Assembly: GCA_949538025.1 (NCBI GenBank)
Contig: CATISI010000210.1
Coordinates: 1-38,714, forward strand
Origin: Candidatus Poseidoniaceae archaeon
Lineage (GTDB): Archaea > Thermoplasmatota > Poseidoniia > Poseidoniales > Poseidoniaceae
Reading direction: 5' to 3'
DNA length: 38,714 bases
Positions 1-8,951 of the stretch are shown here, piece by piece (positions within the stretch are counted from its first letter, which is position 1; the number at the start of each line of letters is the position of its first letter). Both the position numbers and the translations under genes were made by a program. The notes under the pieces were generated by a model, which was given only the letters and a program-made list of their open reading frames with translations, was not told the origin of the DNA and searched no databases.

Positions 1-15
1 ATAGCAGGGATTGAC

Positions 16-2181
16 ATGAAAGACTCAATGACCGGTTTCGATGTTCGGGCAGTTTCGCTCGAATTGGATGCATGGTCAGGAGCCTATGTCAAGAAAGCCT
101 ACATGCCTCACTATGAGCAAATCGTTCTTCGAATCAATCCAAAGGAGGCTGATCAATTTGACTTGGTTATTGTTCGTGGACAACGTGTCTACACCTCGAA
201 ACGGGATCGCCCAATGCCGATGACACCTCCATCGTTTGCTATGGTACTGAGAAAGCATCTCAAGAATGCTCGATTAACCAAGGTCGAACAATTGGGCTTT
301 GACCGTGTCCTCATGTTCCGTTTCGACACAAAAAACGGCCAACGCTCGCTCAGCGTTGAATTGTTTCGTAACGGGAATGTTATCCTCATGGATGAAAACG
401 ATGTGATTATCCAACCTTTGACCCATGCGAGTTATTCAGGACGGACCATCAAGAAAGGAGAGACGTACATCCCCCCACCTGCTGCGATTGACCCGCATAC
501 CTTAACACTTGAATCTCTGGAAGAAGCCTTTGCTGAATCTGATAGAGACCTTGTTTCGACCTTAGGAGGAAAGATCAATCTTGGAGGCATCTATGCGAAT
601 GCCGTATGTGAACATGCAGGCCTTGAACCGAACAGTTCGACGGAAGACGCAGTTGCTGCCACCATTCTCAACTCACTGAAACACTTCCTCGGGCAACTCA
701 ATACGAGCCAAACCGGGCATCTCATCCTCAAACCAACGGAAGAGTACAGTGAGGATGCGTTGAAAGCCATCGCAGCTATGCAAACACTCGATGCAAAGTC
801 GAGTACGACGTTACGTGAAACGGCGACTGAGGCGACCCCTCTTCTCTTACCATCGCATGCAGGAAAAATCGCCTATTCTTGTTCAAATCTCTGTTCTGCC
901 ATCGATGCATGGAAAGGGCATCATGATGCGAACGCCCTTGCTCGAAGGGAACAAGAAAAGTTGGATGCTGCTGCACCTGGGCGTGGTCACTCAACAGAAG
1001 TCGAGAAGTTGGAACGGCGCATGAAACAACAAGAGCAAGCACTTGAAGGGTTTGCCAAAAAGATTGAGAAGCAGCAAGCCATTGGTCACGCTATTCAAGA
1101 GCATTGGACGCACGTTGAGACCATTCTACAACAAGCACGAGAAGCCGTTCAAACACAAGGCTGGAAGCCTGTCCTCAAAGGATTGAAAGAGAACCCTTGG
1201 GTGGATTCAGGGAATGCTGCAGATAGAACCATGATGGTTCGTTTGCCTGATGAAAGTGGTCAACCAGGACAAGCGTTCACGTTGCATCTGGATGATTCTG
1301 TCCATCAAAATGCACAACGGTACTTTGAGGCTGCTCGAAAACAGAAGGACAAAACGACCGGTGCAAAAACTGCCCTCGAGGACACGAAGACTTCGTTTAA
1401 ACGGGCGCAAAAGAAAGAAGCGAAGCAAAAAGCCAGTGGGCGGATGCAAACGGTGCGTCGATCGAAACGGCTCTGGTTTGAACAACATCGCTGGAGCATG
1501 ATTTCTGGAGGTCATCTACTCGTTGGTGGGCGTGATGCAAAAGGAAACGATTCGATCGTCAAAAAGCATCTCTCTGGAGGGGACATGTACCTCCACGCCG
1601 ACATCCATGGTGCACCAAGTTGTAGTCTAAGAGCATCCCAAGGTTTTGCTCTCGTTGAGGAACCGTATGGTCCACTTCCTCCGGGCGTTCCATCCTACAA
1701 ACTCATCGACAAGCTCGGAGATGAACGAATCAACGATGGGAAATTGGAGGAGGCCGCAACCCTCGCCCTCTGTTGGAGCCGTGCATGGAACGGTGGAGGC
1801 GCCCATGGAACGGTGTTTGCTGTCAAACCGGCCCAAGTTTCGAAATCAGCGCAGACGGGCGAATACGTCGGAAAAGGTGCATTTATCGTTCGTGGTCAAC
1901 GTCAATGGTTCAAGGATTTGGATGTTCAAATGGGCGTTGGCTTGGTCGCCATCAACGGTGTACCATTGCTCATGAGTGGTACAGTTTCCTCCATAAAGCA
2001 ACGCTGTGAGCGCTATGCAATTCTCTCGCCGGGTCAGACAAAAAAAGAGCAGCTTGCGAATCGAATCTACAAGGCAACTGGCCTTCGAACCGATGATGTA
2101 CTCTCTGTGCTTCCTGGATCTTCGGATGTACTCGAGGACGTTGGTATCTTCACACCATATCAGTCTAGGGAAGAGGAATAA
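16..2181 (+). CDS. rqcH: Ribosome quality-control protein Rqc2/RqcH (NFACT family, archaeal type)
   Basis: NFACT-N motifs (PPSFAMVLRKHL, GFDRV, ELFRNGN), coiled coil, NAQRYF motif, and NFACT-R/DUF814 region (WFEQHRW..GGRDAKGND, YLHADIHGAPS, QVSKSAQTGEYVGKGAFIVRGQR) typical of archaeal/eukaryotic members. Confidence 0.93.
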   Translation: MKDSMTGFDVRAVSLELDAWSGAYVKKAYMPHYEQIVLRINPKEADQFDLVIVRGQRVYTSKRDRPMPMTPPSFAMVLRKHLKNARLTKVEQLGFDRVLMFRFDTKNGQRSLSVELFRNGNVILMDENDVIIQPLTHASYSGRTIKKGETYIPPPAAIDPHTLTLESLEEAFAESDRDLVSTLGGKINLGGIYANAVCEHAGLEPNSSTEDAVAATILNSLKHFLGQLNTSQTGHLILKPTEEYSEDALKAIAAMQTLDAKSSTTLRETATEATPLLLPSHAGKIAYSCSNLCSAIDAWKGHHDANALARREQEKLDAAAPGRGHSTEVEKLERRMKQQEQALEGFAKKIEKQQAIGHAIQEHWTHVETILQQAREAVQTQGWKPVLKGLKENPWVDSGNAADRTMMVRLPDESGQPGQAFTLHLDDSVHQNAQRYFEAARKQKDKTTGAKTALEDTKTSFKRAQKKEAKQKASGRMQTVRRSKRLWFEQHRWSMISGGHLLVGGRDAKGNDSIVKKHLSGGDMYLHADIHGAPSCSLRASQGFALVEEPYGPLPPGVPSYKLIDKLGDERINDGKLEEAATLALCWSRAWNGGGAHGTVFAVKPAQVSKSAQTGEYVGKGAFIVRGQRQWFKDLDVQMGVGLVAINGVPLLMSGTVSSIKQRCERYAILSPGQTKKEQLANRIYKATGLRTDDVLSVLPGSSDVLEDVGIFTPYQSREEE

Positions 2182-2187
2182 TTGGGT

Positions 2188-3378
2188 TCATCGGCGAACG
2201 TACATGGCGACAGCGTTGCCGCCACCAAGACAGAGGGTTACAATTCCTGATTTGGCATCGAGACGACGCATGGCGCCAAGCATTGTAATCAAACATCGAG
2301 TTCCGCTTGACCCAAGTGGGTGACCGATACTCACCGCTCCGCCATGGAGATTGAAACGGTCATGAGGTATTCCTACCTCTTGAGCGACAGCACAAGATGC
2401 AGATGCAAACGCCTCATTGTGCTCATAGACATCAACATCCATGACGTCGAGATTGTTGCGCACAAGGAGATTCTTGACCGCTGGAATAGGAGCACTCATG
2501 ACTCGCTCTGGTTCAACACCAGCTGTACAATAATCTTCAATCGTCGCAATAATCTCCCAACCTTGTTCCCTGGCAAATGCTTCGCTCGACACGAGTACTG
2601 CGCTTGCACCATCGTTCAACGTGCTTGCATTGCCAGCCGTAACAATGCCTTCCTTATCGAAGACTGTACGGAGTTTGGCAAGACCATCCACCGTAGTATC
2701 GGAACGGACACCTTCATCCCGCTCAAGGACGATAGGATCGCCATGTCTTTGTGGAATTGATAGGGGGAACGTTTCCCAATCGAACCAACCCTCATCCCAT
2801 GCTTTGGATGCTTTGAGATGGCTTTGTGCTGCGAATTCATCAGCTTGTTGTCGATCGATTGAGCACTCTTTTGCAACGACTTCACCGGTGTTGCCCATGT
2901 GCATGTTGTTGTAAACATCCCAGAGCCCATCGTGAATCATGGAATCAATGAGTTTTGAATCGCCCATTTTCTTGCCATTCCGTTGCCCCTTGAGGACCTG
3001 GGGTGCATTGGACATGCTTTCCATGCCCCCTGCGATGACGACGTTGTGCTCTCCGAGACGAACACTCGTTGCGGCCTGCATAACGGCTCGCAAAGAGGAC
3101 CCGCAGACCATGTTGATGGTCACACACGATGTTGTCACCGGTAAGCCTGCTCCAAGAGCAACTTGGCGAGCCGGCGCCTGACCAACTCCTGCTTGCAAAA
3201 CCTGTCCCATGAGGACTTCGTCGACGACTCCAGACGAGGGGTCAAATCCAACACGCTGGCATAATTCTTTGACTGCAGCAACGCCGAGATCGACCGAAGA
3301 AAGAGAAGACAGTGAGCCCATGAACCGGCCGATGGGCGTTCTTGCGACTCCACAAATGACCGCCTTGTTTATTGCCAT
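2188..3378 (-). CDS. Acetyl-CoA C-acyltransferase (thiolase)
   Basis: ARTPIG N-terminus, NMVCGS catalytic Cys, NEAFA, GHPLGSSG and CLGGG motifs. Confidence 0.96.
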   Translation of the reverse strand: MAINKAVICGVARTPIGRFMGSLSSLSSVDLGVAAVKELCQRVGFDPSSGVVDEVLMGQVLQAGVGQAPARQVALGAGLPVTTSCVTINMVCGSSLRAVMQAATSVRLGEHNVVIAGGMESMSNAPQVLKGQRNGKKMGDSKLIDSMIHDGLWDVYNNMHMGNTGEVVAKECSIDRQQADEFAAQSHLKASKAWDEGWFDWETFPLSIPQRHGDPIVLERDEGVRSDTTVDGLAKLRTVFDKEGIVTAGNASTLNDGASAVLVSSEAFAREQGWEIIATIEDYCTAGVEPERVMSAPIPAVKNLLVRNNLDVMDVDVYEHNEAFASASCAVAQEVGIPHDRFNLHGGAVSIGHPLGSSGTRCLITMLGAMRRLDAKSGIVTLCLGGGNAVAMYVRR

Positions 3379-3470
3379 GATAATCCCATTCTGAGAGGCC
3401 TCTTGAACATACGCATGCTTACGTTTCTCGCTAACAAAAGAGTTGATGAACTCGACCTCTTGGGGGCATC

Positions 3471-4295
3471 ATGGCCAAATTCAAGACCGAACTGACTACG
3501 TCCAGAAACGCTGATGAAATGCGAAGTGTCGAAGTCGAAATTGACTTCACCAGCAACGCACTCGCCTCGATTCTTTACCGCCAAGGTGAAACCGTTGTTC
3601 TTGCATGCTGCACGAAAGAGGCACGTCTACCCGGTTGGTTCCCAAGAGATTCAACCAAGGGCTGGGTTCACGCTGAATACTCGCTACTGCCTGGATCAAC
3701 AGATTCACGATTCCGAAGAGAGCGTCGTGGTGCTAAGGGACGCACACAGGAAATTGAACGGCTTGTTGCTCGCTCACTCCGAGCTGCAGTCAATCTCGAG
3801 GAGCTCGGTCCCATTGCGCTGAACGTCGACTGTGACATTCTCAATGCGGATGGAGGCACTCGATGTGCCTCGATTACGGCTGCAAATCTCGCACTCCGAC
3901 TCGGCGTACGACGCCTCATCGCTGCCGGTATTTGCTTACCAAAGAACATGCGACCAACTGAGGAACAACGCCGCTCAGGATGGAGCCCTCCTGTTCTCTC
4001 TGAAGAAGAGCAAATAGCGCATGAAATGCGCGTCATGGAACACGATGTTGCAGCAATCTCCGTTGGCTTGATCGACGGCAAATCGTATCTTGATCTCGAT
4101 TACAATCTTGATTCAAATGCTGATGTCGACATGAACGTGGTCAAGGTAAGTAACGGTGCATTCGTTGAAGTTCAGGGTACTGGAGAAGAATCAACCTACC
4201 AGCGCGAAGAACTCGATGCCCTCCTTGATATGGCCGATATTGGATTTGAGTCTCTTTTCGAGATGCAAAAAACCATTCTTCACGGCCAGCAATAA
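3471..4295 (+). CDS. rph: Ribonuclease PH (bacterial-type phosphorolytic 3'-5' exoribonuclease)
   Basis: GWVHAEYSLLP, GRTQEIERLVARSLRA, CDILNADGGTRCASIT, LDLDY.DS.ADVDMNVV and EVQGTGE motifs match bacterial RNase PH. Confidence 0.92.
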   Translation: MAKFKTELTTSRNADEMRSVEVEIDFTSNALASILYRQGETVVLACCTKEARLPGWFPRDSTKGWVHAEYSLLPGSTDSRFRRERRGAKGRTQEIERLVARSLRAAVNLEELGPIALNVDCDILNADGGTRCASITAANLALRLGVRRLIAAGICLPKNMRPTEEQRRSGWSPPVLSEEEQIAHEMRVMEHDVAAISVGLIDGKSYLDLDYNLDSNADVDMNVVKVSNGAFVEVQGTGEESTYQREELDALLDMADIGFESLFEMQKTILHGQQ

Positions 4296-4306
4296 GTAGC
4301 GAAGGC

Positions 4307-4313
4307 TTGAAAT
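4307..4313 (+). promoter_or_regulatory. Possible TATA box for tRNA-Phe
   Basis: TTGAAAT preceded by purine-rich CGAAGG, about 30 nt upstream of the mature tRNA 5' end. Confidence 0.35.
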
Positions 4314-4338
4314 CATGGGCTTCATCGCATGCATGCAA

Positions 4339-4414
4339 GGGTTGGTAGCTTAGTTGGGAGAGCGCGGCACTGAAGATGCCGAGGTCGCCGGTTCAAGTCC
4401 GGCCTAACCCACCA
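4339..4414 (+). tRNA. tRNA-Phe (GAA), intronless, CCA encoded
   Basis: 76-nt cloverleaf: acceptor GGGTTGG/CTAACCC, anticodon stem CGGCA/TGCCG with loop CTGAAGA (GAA at 4372-4374, G37), T arm GCCGG-TTCAAGT-CCGGC, ends ACCA. Confidence 0.97.
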
Positions 4415-4460
4415 TAATTGCATCAATGGGTTCATTTGCTACCGCAGATGTAGTCTTTTC

Positions 4461-6542
4461 ATGGGCGACGCTGCAATTGGGGACGAACTGCCAAAAGAGC
4501 AGTACGACTCCGATACCAAGAGCGACCCATTGCTCAAAGAATTGAACAACATTCGCAGACGCCGGACCGATGGCGACAACCGAAGCATGTTTACCAAAAA
4601 GGAAAACCCAGTCCTCTTGATGGGTATTGCTTACGGAATTCTGTACGGAGCGCTGATTCTGTCCATGTCATCTGGTCTATTGGGTCAATCAACATCACTC
4701 GACCACTCTGCCTCAACGACGTTCCTCGATATAGGGGATGAGTGTGTTGAAATCGATGATGAACCATGGATTCTGATCTTCCCGGACGAAGACGATGAGC
4801 GGTTTTCATTGAATGCTTACAACCTTCCTGCGGGCGTGGCTGTTCTTGAGTACAACATCGAAGAAAAAGACGCTGCTGAGACCACTCCTAGCACACAAGT
4901 TGAACGTATGCTCGATGATGAGGTCAATCGCGTGCATGCCAAAGCCGATTACAGCATGCTTGAGGAAGGCGATTATGTTGTCACGCTCTCCGTCGCGCTC
5001 TACAACAATTCGGACGATGCGAAAAATAAGACAAACGTCACGGAAGCCTTGTCAAAGTCGCTCGAGTTTGAACTCGAAATTGGTACCAAAGGAGGCATAC
5101 TTCCATTCCTTGGAGGGGAAGAACACCGAGAAGTACGCGTTACAGACTCAGGCGCTCGCTCCTGCTGGTCCCTCCAAGAGTTGGGCAATTGGGGGTACAT
5201 CCTCCTCGTCGCTGAACTCGGCGGTGGAAGGGAAACCGCTATGCTCGCTGGAGGTGCTGCTGGCATCCCTGCATGGTGGATGGCATTCAACTCGCTCTCA
5301 TTGTCGGTCTTTTCGTTGTTAATTGCTTATCCAATTATGTACAAAGTCTATCACCAAGAAGCTGATGACATTCTCTCTCGAAACCACATCATTCGACTTG
5401 TTGATGACATCATCTCTCGATGTGAACGTCGGCTTGGCATTGATGTAGATCACGATTTGGCCAAGGTGGAACCAAGAGAACTCTCTGTGGACATCATGGT
5501 ACCTTACAAGAACACAGAGAACACCTTGTCGGACAGCAAGAGCATTCGCGACGAGATCTTGAAAGAGGTTCTCGAAGAATTTGCATTGTTCCGTGTATTC
5601 AAGCCTGTTCAGTTGACTGTACGAGCGATTGGTGCTGGCCAAGCCATTGATTTCGATTCAGGCGTAGGTGTTGGTGTCGGAGACCGCGAAGATGAAGCAC
5701 CACCTGAGAATTACACTTCGTTCTTCGAAGAACTTCACTCGCTCTCAAGAATCGAGGATGAGGTACGAGATTCGCTCGACCTGTACTTCGTGCGAGATAA
5801 GACGCTCGATTTACAGAATGCCGTGATCACCAGCGACGACCGCATTGTGTTTGTTTCAATCATCTTCAAACCAACAACCCGCCTTGCGTTCTTCCGGTTC
5901 AAGCGTCAAGCCTCCGAAGTGGAGGACGAATTGAGGAAATACATCTCAGAGAGAAACCAAGACATTCTCACCACACAGGAATTGATTGTCAAGGCACGAA
6001 ATCAAGTTTCGACCCTTGCAGATCGTTCAGGCGCTGGTCGCGTTGAGCGAAAAGGGGACAAAGACGAGCGGATTGCTGCTGTCGCTCGGCAAGATGGATT
6101 TGGTGGACGAATGTTGCAAACTAAACTGCTTGGTGACATTCTTTCAACGGTCGAGTACACGGCCAACGAGAAGCGCGAAATGATCAACAAATGGGGATTC
6201 TGGGGACTTATTGTCTTCGTGTGGATTCCGTTCATGGCTTCCGGTGTATTGGTCGGAGCCATGCTTGGCCTTCTGTCGCGCATGAAGTTCATGCGCGTAC
6301 TCATTGCAACGATGATTGGAGGGTTCATCGCATCGATTACATGGGCCTACACTGCGGAAGGTATCATCAAAATCATGCACAAATACAAGCTTGAAGCAGT
6401 CATTCCAATCATGATTATCGTCTTCGTCCTCGGTGCAATTCTTCACATTCGTTCGACTAAGATACGTCGACAGACGGAGTTGTTTGAAGACACTCTCTTG
6501 GACAACTTCCACAACGATATCAAAGAAAAGTACGGTTCTTGA
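4461..6542 (+). CDS. Membrane protein with split small multidrug export (COG2426-like) domain, extracellular region and large cytoplasmic insertion
   Basis: GGGRETAMLAG N-half motif and KWGFWGLIVFVWIPFMASGVLVGAMLG C-half motif separated by about 270 soluble residues; N-terminal TM helix followed by an acidic beta-rich region. Confidence 0.7.
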   Translation: MGDAAIGDELPKEQYDSDTKSDPLLKELNNIRRRRTDGDNRSMFTKKENPVLLMGIAYGILYGALILSMSSGLLGQSTSLDHSASTTFLDIGDECVEIDDEPWILIFPDEDDERFSLNAYNLPAGVAVLEYNIEEKDAAETTPSTQVERMLDDEVNRVHAKADYSMLEEGDYVVTLSVALYNNSDDAKNKTNVTEALSKSLEFELEIGTKGGILPFLGGEEHREVRVTDSGARSCWSLQELGNWGYILLVAELGGGRETAMLAGGAAGIPAWWMAFNSLSLSVFSLLIAYPIMYKVYHQEADDILSRNHIIRLVDDIISRCERRLGIDVDHDLAKVEPRELSVDIMVPYKNTENTLSDSKSIRDEILKEVLEEFALFRVFKPVQLTVRAIGAGQAIDFDSGVGVGVGDREDEAPPENYTSFFEELHSLSRIEDEVRDSLDLYFVRDKTLDLQNAVITSDDRIVFVSIIFKPTTRLAFFRFKRQASEVEDELRKYISERNQDILTTQELIVKARNQVSTLADRSGAGRVERKGDKDERIAAVARQDGFGGRMLQTKLLGDILSTVEYTANEKREMINKWGFWGLIVFVWIPFMASGVLVGAMLGLLSRMKFMRVLIATMIGGFIASITWAYTAEGIIKIMHKYKLEAVIPIMIIVFVLGAILHIRSTKIRRQTELFEDTLLDNFHNDIKEKYGS

Positions 6543-6551
6543 GGCCTTTTT

Positions 6552-7136
6552 ATGGACGCATTTACCTCAATTGATGGTCATTCGGATTCAGTAGGAGAGA
6601 AAGCGGTTATCGGTATTCTCGTTGCTTCGGATCGAGCATCTTCCAATGAATACCAAGATGAAGGCGGTCCGGCTATCCTCCAATTCCTGAACGAGGCGAT
6701 TCAATCACCATTGGACGTACACTACCGATGCATTCCTGATGCAAAGGAACGTATTGAATCCACCATGATTGAACTCGCTGATGAGGTTGGCTGTCATGTC
6801 ATCGTTACGACGGGAGGCACAGGGCCTGCAGAGCGCGATGTGACACCAGAGGCGACGGAGCGTGTTGTAGAGCGAATCATGCCCGGATTTGGAGAACAGA
6901 TGCGAGCCATTTCGTTGCAATATACACCTACTGCAATCTTGTCTCGGCAAACCGCAGGCGTTCGAGGTTCATGTCTTATTTTCAATCTTCCAGGACGACC
7001 AAAATCGATTCGGGAGACCATTGATGAAATCTGGAAAGCCGTTCCGTACTGCGTGGATTTGATAGGAGGTCCCTACATCGATTGCAACGACAAAGTGTGC
7101 AATGCTTTCCGTCCAAAAAACGCAAGGCGTCGATGA
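6552..7136 (+). CDS. mog: Molybdopterin adenylyltransferase MogA
   Basis: SDRAS..YQD.G, VTTGGTGPAERDVTPEAT, MPGFGEQMR, PTAILSRQ, NLPG.PKSI and AFRPK motifs. Confidence 0.94.
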   Translation: MDAFTSIDGHSDSVGEKAVIGILVASDRASSNEYQDEGGPAILQFLNEAIQSPLDVHYRCIPDAKERIESTMIELADEVGCHVIVTTGGTGPAERDVTPEATERVVERIMPGFGEQMRAISLQYTPTAILSRQTAGVRGSCLIFNLPGRPKSIRETIDEIWKAVPYCVDLIGGPYIDCNDKVCNAFRPKNARRR

Positions 7137-7178
7137 GAGCATTCATTGACTTGTTTCACAAGGAAGAACCGATTGAAG

Positions 7179-8579
7179 ATGTCTAACCTCCTGATTCAGA
7201 ACGCTACAATGATTTTACCTGAAACAACTGTTGTTGGTGATTTACTCATCGAAAATGGAATTATCTCAGCCATTCAACCAGGAGGAGGTTTGGTTGCAAA
7301 CGATGACGTTCGTACCATTGATGCGACAGGACTTCATCTCCTACCAGGCTTGATCGACCCACAAGTCCATTTCAGAGATCCTGGGCAACCTGAGAAGGAA
7401 GACCTCTACACCGGATCATGTGCCGCTGCTAGTGGAGGAATCACTTCCTTCCTCGACATGCCCAACAACGTACCTAGCCAAACAACGCTTCAATCGATGC
7501 ATGAAAAAATTGCCACTGGGAATCGACGATGTGTCACAAACTTTGGCTTCTTCATCGGTGCAACAGAATCAAACGTTGACGAATTGAAGAAAGCAGTTGG
7601 AACGCCCGAATCGCCAATCGCTATACCTGGAATCTGTGGAATCAAGATTTTCATGGGCTCATCAACGGGTGATTTACTGGTCAACGATTCCGATGCATTG
7701 CATGAAATTTTTACCAATACAGCTGGTCTTATTGCAGTTCATGCTGAAGATGAGACGCGTATGATCGAGCGAAAGAAGATGATCGAAGGCCGAACCGATA
7801 TGGCTGCTCATGCTGAATGGCGTGATGACGAGACGGCAATAATCGCTACAAAACGTGCAGTAGCCTACGCTCAAGCAACCGGTCACCGCTTGCACGTTCT
7901 CCACCTGACATCGGGTATCGAGGCCGACTGGCTGAATGGTATCACATCATTGCATGGAAACGGAGAAGATGCGCACATCACAACCGAAGTATTACCACAG
8001 CACTTGACCTACGATGAGCGTGATGTGGAGCGTCTTGGAACACGATTGAAGATGAATCCACCTATCCGTTATCAAAAAGACAAGCAGACGCTATGGAATC
8101 GACTCCATGATGGAACCATCGCATGCATCGCCACAGATCACGCTCCACACACCCTCGAGACCAAGGCAAAGGGATTCCCTGCTGCTCCAAGTGGAATGCC
8201 CGGTGTTGAGACATCACTTCCAATCATGTTAACACACGCATCAAAAGGCGCATGTACCATCGAACAAGTTGTCAAGTGGATGTCCCTCAACGTTGCCGAG
8301 TGCTATGGTATGATTGGGAAGGGCCGTCTTGAAGAAGGATACGATGGCGATATTACCCTTGTCGATATGACGACAGAACGCGTGGTCGATGATGCCAATA
8401 CCTGGACCACGGTTGGCTGGAGTCCATTCCATGGAATGAAGCTTGTCGGATGGCCAACCCTGACCGTCGTTGGAGGCGTTGCGGTGTTTGAACGGAACGA
8501 TACAACAGGGCCGAAAGGTTCGATTCTGGTCAAAGAAGGTGAAACTGGTTCGCCTTTGCTGATGACCCCATGGAATTAA
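7179..8579 (+). CDS. pyrC: Dihydroorotase (cyclic amidohydrolase)
   Basis: LPGLIDPQVHFRDPG, DMPNN, KIFMGSSTG, VHAED, KMNPPIR, ATDHAPH and PSGMPGVET motifs; ATG at 7179 preferred over the upstream TTG. Confidence 0.88.
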   Translation: MSNLLIQNATMILPETTVVGDLLIENGIISAIQPGGGLVANDDVRTIDATGLHLLPGLIDPQVHFRDPGQPEKEDLYTGSCAAASGGITSFLDMPNNVPSQTTLQSMHEKIATGNRRCVTNFGFFIGATESNVDELKKAVGTPESPIAIPGICGIKIFMGSSTGDLLVNDSDALHEIFTNTAGLIAVHAEDETRMIERKKMIEGRTDMAAHAEWRDDETAIIATKRAVAYAQATGHRLHVLHLTSGIEADWLNGITSLHGNGEDAHITTEVLPQHLTYDERDVERLGTRLKMNPPIRYQKDKQTLWNRLHDGTIACIATDHAPHTLETKAKGFPAAPSGMPGVETSLPIMLTHASKGACTIEQVVKWMSLNVAECYGMIGKGRLEEGYDGDITLVDMTTERVVDDANTWTTVGWSPFHGMKLVGWPTLTVVGGVAVFERNDTTGPKGSILVKEGETGSPLLMTPWN

Positions 8580-8587
8580 ACAAAATA

Positions 8588-8632
8588 GAGAAATTTTGTA
8601 ACCGTAATTAAATACTCGATGAAAAATTTCTC
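8588..8632. promoter_or_regulatory. AT-rich promoter region: TATA-like TTAAATA (8608-8614) flanked by a perfect 10-bp inverted repeat
   Basis: GAGAAATTTT (8588-8597) and AAAATTTCTC (8623-8632) are exact reverse complements. Confidence 0.55.
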
Positions 8633-8642
8633 ACTGGGAAAC

Positions 8643-8951
8643 ATGAGTAGCATGGAAGAACAATTAGGACAAGGATACCAACAAATGATGATTGGATTGA
8701 TTATTTTCATCTCAGGTGCAATCTGGGGCGGAATGGTCGCTACCGATGGCATGGTCGCAGAAGACATCTACTGGCCAGCAGTAATGATGCTGTCCGGAGC
8801 GATGATCACATTGCTTGGCACAACTTTTGGGACCGGACATGAGGATGATCGTAGCAACGACTTGAACGATGCCATCATGGAATTGACCGAGCGGATCAAC
8901 AAGCTCGTTGGTTCATCAAGTTCGGATGATGCGTCCGATGAATCAGAGTGA
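8643..8951 (+). CDS. Small hypothetical membrane protein (2 TM plus short acidic coiled-coil tail)
   Basis: Two hydrophobic stretches then LNDAIMELTERINKL; lies downstream of a TATA-like box; start could be 8619, 8643 or 8652. Confidence 0.65.
   Translation: MSSMEEQLGQGYQQMMIGLIIFISGAIWGGMVATDGMVAEDIYWPAVMMLSGAMITLLGTTFGTGHEDDRSNDLNDAIMELTERINKLVGSSSSDDASDESE

Noticed and set aside
4339-4460. tRNA-Phe as an integration site for an island
   Set aside because: No integrase and no duplicated tRNA 3' end noticed; flanking genes look chromosomal
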